In this document: one piece after another, positions 1 to 7,190 of the stretch
Numbering within the stretch: the first letter of the stretch is position 1
How the letters are laid out: each line of letters begins with the position of its first letter
DNA from: Paramicrosporidium saccamoebae KSL3
Taxonomy: Eukaryota > Fungi > Cryptomycota
NCBI GenBank assembly: GCA_002794465.1
Contig: MTSL01000052.1
Coordinates: 14,711-26,126 of the forward strand
Direction of reading: 5' to 3'
Length of the DNA stretch: 11,416 nucleotides
Notes under the pieces: model-generated
Told to the model about the DNA's origin: nothing
What the model saw: only the letters and a program-made list of their open reading frames with translations
The model's database searches: none
Made by a program: the position numbers and the translations under genes

Positions 1-176
1 ATTATTTGTGAGACTATAAATGGGTCGTTGGACTGACTGAATGAACTCTCTTCTCGTCTCTTCCCGCCTGACAAAGCCCGTGGTATTATCCCCACTACGC
101 GACAGATCCTCTTTACTTGAATTCTAATAGTATCTACGTTTTTATTTGTATGTGAGCGCTGGATGGCGATATACTT

Positions 177-761
177 TTAGATGGAAGTAGTAGGATGGCA
201 CTCCCCAGAAGAGGGATGCACCACAGGATGGTGCGCCACAGAAGAGGGATGCATCACAGGATGATGCGCTCCAGGGGGATAGTACGTCCCAGGAGGGGGA
301 TGCACCATTATGGGCTGCGCAATACCAACAGGGGCCTGTATGGGCAGCACGGGCTCTACAATTCCCATCGGCCTGAATATCGCCAATGAGCCCGTCTCGA
401 ATTGAGGGTACAGCGGCAGTGAGAGGATCAACAAAATGATTCCAGTTCCGTAAGATCCGGTCCACAGAGAGAGGGCAACAAATATCTCAAGACAGATGGC
501 GGCTGCTAGATAAGTAGCACGCCCTGCGTTCTTGTTCAGGGTGGCAAGACACAATACACCTGGAACAAAGCACAAAACAAAGGCTACAACTGCAACGAGG
601 AATGATAATTGGCCTCCGAGTAGGAAAGAGACCGCAATGCCAGATAACTAAAATTGTCAGGTATGAAATAGACGTGATACCAAAAAATAAGCCCCAAGAA
701 GCCCATAGATAATGGTGCCGAGCCACTGGCGCTTTCTGGCGGGTTGTACAGAGCTGCTCAT
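177..761 (-). CDS. Hypothetical 4-TM membrane protein with Pro/His-rich C-terminal tail, 183 aa; complement(join(177..647,681..761))
   Basis: Removing a 33-nt intron (648-680) joins MSSSVQPARKRQWLGTIIYGLLGAYFL to LSGIAVSFLLGGQLSFLVAVVAFVLCFVPG..., which is the frame of track ORF 177..575. There are four hydrophobic segments, then a PPPGTYYPPGAHHPVMHPSS tail. AATAAA lies 30 nt past the stop. An alternative in-frame ATG is at 797. No family recognised. Confidence 0.7.
204..308. repeat. Coding tandem repeat: 33-bp unit x2 (206-238, 239-271) plus a degenerate third core (288-308)
   Basis: CAGAAGAGGGATGCACCACAGGATGGTGCGCCA / CAGAAGAGGGATGCATCACAGGATGATGCGCTC. Encodes (G/V)AHHPV(M/V)HPSS on the minus strand and RRGMHHRM(V/M)R on the plus strand. 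Confidence 0.9.
648..680 (-). other. Spliceosomal mini-intron, 33 nt
   Basis: GTATCACGTCTATTTCATACCTGACAATTTTAG: GTA donor, CTGAC branch point, TAG acceptor. Removal restores a continuous hydrophobic ORF; if retained it reads an in-frame TGA and TAG. Confidence 0.8.
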
Positions 762-1221
762 GATACCGATAGTGTTGGTAATACCCTGGTTTAGCATCCA
801 GGGATCTAATGAGCAGTGTGATTGGCCATGTCGAGAACTGACATCGTGGGCGGCCAGGTCTACCCCATGGCGCCACCACTAAATGGGCTTGAGGAGTCTG
901 TCCTATAAGATTGATATCTTTATCAGCACCAAGTGGTGGCACAACATCCATTACTTTTATTAAATATAACCCAGCATTTATGTAGCGAGATTCTTCGTCT
1001 GCCCATGGTATCTATAATATCCCGGAACCTAGTGAATCGACCCATCACGTATCAATTTGCGTGGCGGATGATTTATTAGCAGTAGTCATCCAGCTTGGGA
1101 TGTATAGTCGAAAAGACAGATCATAGCGGTAAAGTTGTATATACAAGCACTGTAAATAGTGACAACACCATGACTTTAATCCAGTCACTAAGCTTCTTAC
1201 ACCCACGTATATATACAAACA

Positions 1222-1539
1222 CTACATTTCAAGGTAGTCTGCCACCAGCAACAAATCCAGCGACTCTTCAGCACCAATATCCCACGGGGGACTTTGCTCC
1301 AACCCATCAAATTTCCTTCTGTGGTGCAAGAAGCTGCACACACGCTCCACTAGTCTTCCCGGAATGCCATGCAGCTGCACCGTGCCGGAGGACTCGACGA
1401 ACCCGTTGGACGCGTCGAGGAACATGGAGAGGGTACGACTAAAGAGGGCGGTCTCTCTCTCAATAATAAACTCCATCCCATCGTCGCTGAGTAGACGGAC
1501 GTGGGCGGGTCCCTTTGTGGACGCATCCAGCAATGACAT
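1222..1539 (-). CDS. ELC1: Elongin C (SKP1/BTB/POZ fold), 105 aa
   Basis: HVRLLSDDGMEFIIERETALFSRTL...IPGRLVERVCSFL...LDLLLVADYLEM matches the Elongin C pattern (YVKLISSDGHEFIVKRE...IPSHVLSKVCMYF...LELLMAANFLDC). The first ATG is at 1539; the track start at 1545 is TTG. Confidence 0.93.
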   Translation of the reverse strand: MSLLDASTKGPAHVRLLSDDGMEFIIERETALFSRTLSMFLDASNGFVESSGTVQLHGIPGRLVERVCSFLHHRRKFDGLEQSPPWDIGAEESLDLLLVADYLEM

Positions 1540-1583
1540 GCTCAAACAATAATTATTTAACGGGACGTCTCTTTAAGACGGAG

Positions 1584-1635
1584 TGATTGATGCAAGGCTT
1601 GTCGAGAATGATTGATGCAAGGCTTGTCCAGAATG
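1584..1635. repeat. 25-bp tandem duplication, 1 mismatch
   Basis: TGATTGATGCAAGGCTTGTC(G/C)AGAA at 1584-1608 and 1609-1633, about 45 bp upstream of the ELC1 ATG. Confidence 0.95.
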
Positions 1636-2330
1636 CACAGGATTCGATCACAAATGTTGCCAAATACTCAATGTTACGTGATGTCACTGTGATGCAGAGT
1701 GTCCCGTAGTGATGCAACAGCCTACGTACAGAAATTCCCTATCGTGACACTTCAAGCGGGAGCTCTTTTATTAAAGATCATCCTCATCTATGAGGCAAGA
1801 CTCACCGTCAGATCCTAGCGCCCAATGAGAGTTATTAGACCTTGAACATGGCGAGTTGGCTCACCACATCTCACAGAGGATTGATTAGCTGGGTATGTGA
1901 CGTAGAGGCAGGGGGTTGATTAGTTGCTGGGTATTTGAGGACAGTGAAATGTGTATCCATACTATTCTAGGATTAGCAGTGAATAAACCCCCCTTCCCGT
2001 CCATACTATTTATCCCCACTACGCAACCTTGACAATATGTAAAAGGTCTATAACAAGGCTCACTAGGTGGGAATAAAGAGTTTGTTGACGGGTGAACACA
2101 ATTTTATTAACGTATATGGTTTCTTTATGGGCAGCCAAACTGGCTTGTGGGACCGCTATCTGGGTCGGACTCACCAATAACAAGTGGATGCTGTTTAACA
2201 GAGTCTTCTACAATCCATAAGCAAACAGTACATGCATATTACGTGCGAGGAATACTAGAAAGACACATCTCACAGCGTTGACGAATTCACAAACGCACTG
2301 GCTAGAATTTTATTAAGAGTTTAAAGGCCC

Positions 2331-2777
2331 TTAAGAGAGCAAGCTGGATCGGGCAAGGCCGTGTGCAAAGGCGTTACTAATCAAAGCGACCGGCAAGATC
2401 AAGTCGAGAAAGATAAGGAGGTTGAACAGACGACGCCATTTGAAAAACATCATCAGTACCGCCAATATGATCCAGAAGGCCAAGAAGATCCATGTAAGTG
2501 CATTGGTCGCTCCATAGGGACCTGCTGCGATTGCACTGATGCTGGTGGCCGCAACCAAGATCAATGTGCCATCTCGAAAGTGTTTTGAGATGCGCCGAAA
2601 TCTGCCCTCCCGTCCATCCTCAATAGGCGTCATGATGACACCATCTTCGGGCTTTCTGTCGTTCGAGGTGAAAAGGAGTGGAAGATAGGAAAGCCACCAG
2701 AAGATGAACATGACAAAGACGGCTACCCAGCTTGCCTTGACATCGTAGGGACTCCAGTCTCCACTGGCAGCGTTCAT
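2331..2777 (-). CDS. Hypothetical 4-TM membrane protein, 148 aa
   Basis: Intact ATG-TAA ORF with four hydrophobic helices and a basic cytosolic loop (GRFRRISKHFRDG). AATAAA lies 16 nt after the stop (2309-2314). From memory it resembles uncharacterised small membrane proteins of early-diverging fungi (R..RD..L.L...N.LTWIF); this is unverified. Confidence 0.8.
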   Translation of the reverse strand: MNAASGDWSPYDVKASWVAVFVMFIFWWLSYLPLLFTSNDRKPEDGVIMTPIEDGREGRFRRISKHFRDGTLILVAATSISAIAAGPYGATNALTWIFLAFWIILAVLMMFFKWRRLFNLLIFLDLILPVALISNAFAHGLARSSLLS

Positions 2778-3002
2778 TGGGGTTGGTTATCGCCGACTCG
2801 TACTATATATGTCACAACTCTATCTGTGTAAGATCATTTCGTCTCCGTAAAGTCAACCCCCATACCTAAGCTTAGAGGCTCCATTGAGGGATTTGATCCG
2901 TAGATATACTCATTTGGGCCACATAGCGTGGAGCTTACCCATAAACTGGCAAGTCCCCTGGTTCGTCTACTCTCACTCTTTGCAGTAGTCTCACATTAGT
3001 TG

Positions 3003-3473
3003 ATGGATTTGTTACGGAGAACTGCTGAGGCTGGACCCACCAAGCCTCTCCGTGACAAGGTTGGACGGATAACAGACATTTTTGAAGCATTATTGCTCTC
3101 CCCTCCGCCGGTGGAGCAATGGCCAGAATGGACCTCTAGACTCGCCGCACTCATGTCTCAGTATGAGAATGCTCTGCGTGAGCTGCGGCCTTTGCTGTGC
3201 AGATATCTTTTGGTGCCGAACCAGCTGGGCACAAATACAGAGTTTGTGACAAATGTACTATTGCGGACACGCATGGCACCTGAAGTCGAGGCGCATTTGG
3301 AGGAGCTAAAGACAGAGGAGGAGACGGGTAATGTGATGCGGGCCATTTCGCAGATTTTGCAAGAAGGCGCCGATGGCCTAAAGAGTCCATTGAGAAACAC
3401 AATGGCCACTCCAATTACACAAGACGAAGAGCTGATCACAGCCATTAGGACCCATTACACTGCAGTGAAATAA
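3003..3473 (+). CDS. MED8: Mediator of RNA polymerase II transcription subunit 8, 156 aa
   Basis: WPEWTSRLAALMSQY...LLVP...LLRTRMAPEVE matches the Med8 hallmarks (WP..L..F..L..QL, vvvP, LLRTKL.PEVE). ATG is at 3003; the track start at 3000 is TTG. Confidence 0.82.
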   Translation: MDLLRRTAEAGPTKPLRDKVGRITDIFEALLLSPPPVEQWPEWTSRLAALMSQYENALRELRPLLCRYLLVPNQLGTNTEFVTNVLLRTRMAPEVEAHLEELKTEEETGNVMRAISQILQEGADGLKSPLRNTMATPITQDEELITAIRTHYTAVK

Positions 3474-3484
3474 ACGAGTTTATT
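3469..3484. terminator. Two opposed AATAAA poly(A) signals, each overlapping a stop codon
   Basis: Plus-strand AATAAA at 3469-3474 contains the MED8 TAA. Minus-strand AATAAA at 3484-3479 overlaps the TAA of ORF 3483..3950. Confidence 0.65.
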
Positions 3485-3950
3485 AGCGGAACGGCGGCGA
3501 ATGGTTGTTTTTCCGTTTATGACGATGCAGATAATGTGCAAAGTCATTCTCTTCAAAAATGTCACTCAGTCCCCGACTCTTCTGCGTTGGGAATTTAATG
3601 TCGGCAATAAGCTGTAGTCGCTGGTACGACTTTGGGAAGCAATGTTCCTCGAGGATAGATAACCTGCGGGTCGGATCAGCGGGAGGGGGAATCTCGTACT
3701 CCCAGCATTTGGTTTCCGCTGGCTTCGGGGCCGGCTTATTGTCCTTGACTATCCATGGACGCACTGTCAGTAGGGCTGGATCAAAGGCCAAGGGACTGGC
3801 CTGGTTCACCTCGATGCGAACCGACTCGAGCGGGTTGCTGTTTGGCTGTTTTTTGATGAAATGGACATAATCCTTCTTTTCAGGTTGATCATGGCGATGA
3901 TGGTAATCGCGCTCAATTCCGTCCAGCCAGTGTATCACATATGGTTCCAT
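3483..3950 (-). CDS. Hypothetical protein, 155 aa
   Basis: Intact ATG-TAA-TAA ORF filling the gap between MED8 and DBP5, with AATAAA on the stop. Soluble composition and a basic C-terminus (HRHKRK). No family recognised; a short upstream exon is possible. Confidence 0.72.
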   Translation of the reverse strand: MEPYVIHWLDGIERDYHHRHDQPEKKDYVHFIKKQPNSNPLESVRIEVNQASPLAFDPALLTVRPWIVKDNKPAPKPAETKCWEYEIPPPADPTRRLSILEEHCFPKSYQRLQLIADIKFPTQKSRGLSDIFEENDFAHYLHRHKRKNNHSPPFR

Positions 3951-4149
3951 GTTGTGCTATAATTGGCACTCGGACATGAGGATGCCTTAATTAGGGGAGG
4001 AACCCCACTCTAAACCAATGAGAGTCGTGTTGCATCTAACCTGTTTCATATCTGTAATACTCCCGGTTGATTCGGCAGTATTGGTGACATTTAATTGGTC
4101 ACCGTCCAGAAACCATTCTCTGTCAATTTATTTACGCAGACAACTATAC

Positions 4150-5873
4150 TCAGAGAGGGGGAATATCGGGGTTGGGCGGGACAGCCGTCTGTCCGCGATT
4201 AAGTGACTGCAATTTCTGCTCCAATAACTCGACTGATTCAGTGGGCATGCGGATAATCTCACGCTCAAAGAACTCTTCCAAGGATCGGAGAACTTGGCGG
4301 GAGAGATCATTGTGGACAAAGTTGATGGCGACTCCGGAGCGTCCGAATCGGCCCGTGCGTCCAATGCGATGGACATATGTTTCAGGATCAGGATAGCGTT
4401 CAGGAGTCATGGGCAAATCAAAGTTGACAACAAGAGAGACTTGAAGGACGTCAATGCCACGAGCAAGGACATTGGTGGCAAGTAGAACCCGGGTTCGACC
4501 CTGTCTGAATTCATCAATGACCGTATCGCGCTCAGCGGGTGTCATTCCACCGTGGATTAATGACACCATGTGTCCTTCATCCTCCATCCGAGCTTTTACC
4601 TCCTCGGCAGAATTCCGAGTGGCAATGAAAATGATGCTTTGTCCCACTGTCAACAGTCCATAGATGGTGGATAGCATCTCCATCTTGTGGTGATACGAGT
4701 CACATTCAATGTAATATTGTTTGATTGAATCAACCGAGACTTCTTCACGTTTCAGGGTAATCTCATTGGCATTGGGAATGATCATGTGGGCAAATTCAAT
4801 GACGGCCCCATTAAAGGTGGCGGAGAAGAGTAAGAGCTGACAGTATTCGGGGCAAATCTTGCGCAGTCGCATGGATTGGAGACCCATACCTTGCTTGTCC
4901 AACATCACATCAGCCTCATCCAGAACAAAGACGCGGACTTGGGAAAGATCGACGAGACGACGACGTTCAAGTTCCAAGAGCGTTCCGGGAGTTCCAACCA
5001 GAATATGGGCATTGATGGGTTCACGACGAGGCGCCTCCTCGCGCAGACAAAGAGCCGAAGTGACCGAGGTGAATTGGCCCATCTTCTGGATTACATCGAG
5101 GATCTGTCGTGCCAATTCGCGGGTGGGAGCCAAACATAGAGCCTGCGGCACATTGAGTGTCGGATCAACACGCTTCAACATGGTCAAAGTGAAGGCGGCT
5201 GTCTTTCCAGTTCCTGACTGTGACTGTGCAATCATATTCTGTGGGGGATCGCTTAGCAAAAGGGGAAGAGCGTGTTCTTGTACTTTGCTAGGCTTGACAA
5301 ACTTCATGGCATAAATTCCCTTTAGCAGTTCTGGACTCAGTCCAAGTTCCTCAAAGGACTTGACGGAAAAGAGGGGGGAATTTACATCTGCCTGCTTATC
5401 AGCCAACTTGATATTGACGTTTTGAAGGGTCTCCATAAGACCATCCACCACCTTTGCAGTAGCCTCCATGTCGACGGGTTCCCGAGTTCGATTGTCCATA
5501 CGGTTTCCTGAGCCACGACGAGGAGCACTACGCTCATCGCGTTCGTTGCGTTCGTTGCCCCATCCGTCGCTTCTACCGCCCCATCCATTATCTTTATCAC
5601 CTCGTCCGTTGTCTTGACCACCCCATCCATTGCCTTTATCGCCACGTTCATTGTCGTGACTACCCCATCCATCGTCTCTACCGCCCCACCCACTACCACT
5701 GCCATTATCGTTACCGTTACCGTTATCTTGTCGTCGCTCCTCAGTATTCACGTCGCTAGTCATATCTTCGGCGGCTCCCCATCCATCATTCTCGCCAATA
5801 CGCATAGTATCGGAACGGTCTACAATTGGTCAGACGGCGCATGATTCCTTTTACCAGAAATGTTGCGAGACAT
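4150..5873 (-). CDS. DBP5: ATP-dependent DEAD-box RNA helicase Dbp5/DDX19 (mRNA export), 562 aa; complement(join(4150..5819,5855..5873))
   Basis: Dbp5-specific KLADKQADVNSPLFSVKSFEELGL, Q motif, SQSGTGKT, PTRELA, TPG, DEAD, SAT, RGID and PDPETYVHRIGRTGRFGR. A 19-nt first exon (MSRNIS) joins in frame through a 35-nt intron. Confidence 0.97.
5557..5784 (-). repeat. GWG-repeat low-complexity coding region of DBP5, including a 42-bp (14-aa) duplication
   Basis: Six GWG motifs: GWGSHDNERGDKGN / GWGGQDNGRGDKDN, flanked by GWGGRDDGWG / GWGGRSDGWG. Confidence 0.9.
5820..5854 (-). other. Spliceosomal mini-intron, 35 nt (DBP5 intron 1)
   Basis: GTAAAAGGAATCATGCGCCGTCTGACCAATTGTAG: GTA donor, CTGAC branch point, TAG acceptor. 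The phase-1 join G|AC gives an in-frame Asp. Confidence 0.75.
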
Positions 5874-5965
5874 ATCCCAAATCAAGAATTAAGGCTTGGG
5901 TTGGCGTTTTCCCGTTAACAAAACGATTAATCTTTGATTGGTTATCAGGTTGATAAAAGTATCGA
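5874..5965. promoter_or_regulatory. Putative 92-bp bidirectional promoter/5'UTR region (DBP5 / ERF4-like)
   Basis: Head-to-head ATGs at 5873 (-) and 5966 (+), with an AT-rich spacer. Inferred from the gene arrangement only. Confidence 0.55.
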
Positions 5966-7102
5966 ATGAGGCGACGTGATTGGTCATACCCGCAACTACT
6001 GTTATTTCGACGACGGAAGGATGCAGCAGAACAAGAAATGCCCGTCATAGCCAAGAGATACAAGGTGCGGTTTGAGGAAAAGGATCTGCGCTTCTCCGAG
6101 GCGTATCCCGTCGAGTTGGAGAAGGTTTTGCCGCTGGCCGAGTTTGACAGCGTTGTCCGAAAGGTTAACGAGGACATGACGGTGGAGATTCGCGATACCA
6201 ACGAAAACGTGCGGACTTGGGCCATGTGGACGTTGGGACTGTGTTTTGTCGCTGTGGGCTTATTTATGACGCCCGTTCTGTTTGTCAAAACCCGTCGACA
6301 GAAACAAGAGCTCAAGGACTTTTGGGAACGGCTGCGGATCTATCTGGGAGAGATCAACCGAAAGACGTATATGAAACGGAATTTGGAGTGGAAATTGGTA
6401 GAAGACAAGAAGAAACTAAAGGGGAGAGATGTAGTCAATCCCATGTTTGCCTATCGAATGGAAATTATCCATCGCACTCCCAAAACAAAGTCGATGAAAC
6501 AGGCTGACGCAACGTCAATGACGGCTATTGCGGCAGGCTCTGGGGCTTCCTCGACTTCCTTGTCGAGTCAAGGACCTGCGACAGGTGGAGATGAGAAATC
6601 TGCCTCTGATCGCGAAACAGACCGCCGAGGCGATTCAGACTCGGAAGACGACTATGAAGATGGCGCTGATATGGTGCTGGAGGAGGGCGCCTTCCCCCGA
6701 GAAGACATTATTCTCGAGGAGGAGGATGAAGACGACTACATTGACGAGGATGCCGGCAATTTGGCCAGTATTTCCAGTGTCGGCGCTGGCTCCTACAGTC
6801 GAGGCAGTCTAATTCTCACTCCCGCGGCCCTTGCTGTCGCTGCCTCTCAGGGACGGCGTGACTCTATGGAAACCGAATCGGCCAGTTCACCCAGCAATCG
6901 GACATTACCCACGGCCAAAGGTGCCTCTGAGGCTGAATCATTGGGCGAGTCACTGGGCGATTCAGTGGGCGAAAGTGATGTGGTTCCTAGACTGTCTGGA
7001 CGTAGACGCAATCAAAGGAAGAGGAGTTCAAGAGTGAGATTTACTGGATTATTTGACGATGAAGAGGAAGGGGAGGAAGAAGAAGAGGGAGCTGTCGAAT
7101 AG
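5966..7102 (+). CDS. Golgin subfamily A member 7 / ERF4-family protein with long acidic disordered C-terminal tail, 378 aa
   Basis: FSEAYPVELEKVLPLAEFDSVVRKVN...hydrophobic segment...LRIYLGEINRKTYMKRNLEW fits the ERF4/GOLGA7 pattern (YP..L...i...EF...i..iN ... l...N......rgl.w). The true start could be the second ATG (MPVIAK). Confidence 0.7.
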   Translation: MRRRDWSYPQLLLFRRRKDAAEQEMPVIAKRYKVRFEEKDLRFSEAYPVELEKVLPLAEFDSVVRKVNEDMTVEIRDTNENVRTWAMWTLGLCFVAVGLFMTPVLFVKTRRQKQELKDFWERLRIYLGEINRKTYMKRNLEWKLVEDKKKLKGRDVVNPMFAYRMEIIHRTPKTKSMKQADATSMTAIAAGSGASSTSLSSQGPATGGDEKSASDRETDRRGDSDSEDDYEDGADMVLEEGAFPREDIILEEEDEDDYIDEDAGNLASISSVGAGSYSRGSLILTPAALAVAASQGRRDSMETESASSPSNRTLPTAKGASEAESLGESLGDSVGESDVVPRLSGRRRNQRKRSSRVRFTGLFDDEEEGEEEEEGAVE

Positions 7103-7118
7103 CCGACTCGTCACTAAT

Positions 7119-7168
7119 TTGAGTGAGTTGTTGAGTGAGTTGTCGAGTGATAACATTCGAGTGGTAAT
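7119..7168. repeat. Degenerate 12-bp tandem repeat (TTGAGTGAGTTG x2, then TCGAGTG variants)
   Basis: 7119-7130 and 7131-7142 are identical, followed by decaying TCGAGTGATAAC and TCGAGTGGTAAT. Confidence 0.8.
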
Positions 7169-7190
7169 AGTGGAGTCATTTCCATAATAC

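Noticed and set aside
487-951. 154-aa minus-strand ORF (MDVVPPLG...)
   Set aside because: It is an alternative frame overlapping the spliced 4-TM gene, reads through that gene's intron, and has no recognisable domain.
828-1079. Possible plus-strand spliced 74-aa ORF (MSRTDIVGG..., intron 900-926)
   Set aside because: GTC donor and CAG acceptor do not fit the local consensus, the product is unrecognisable, and no plus-strand AATAAA follows.
1222-3473. Functional linkage of ELC1 and MED8 (mammalian MED8 binds Elongin BC)
   Set aside because: This Med8 has no proper BC box (ELRPLLC has the wrong L-to-C spacing), and proximity in a gene-dense eukaryote is weak evidence.
3957-4049. Extra upstream exon (ATG AAA CAG, 4049-4041) for the orphan gene via a GTTAGA donor
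   Set aside because: The 31-nt option is out of frame, the in-frame option needs an 84-nt intron, and the donor lacks the +3 A seen in all other introns. It needs RNA data.
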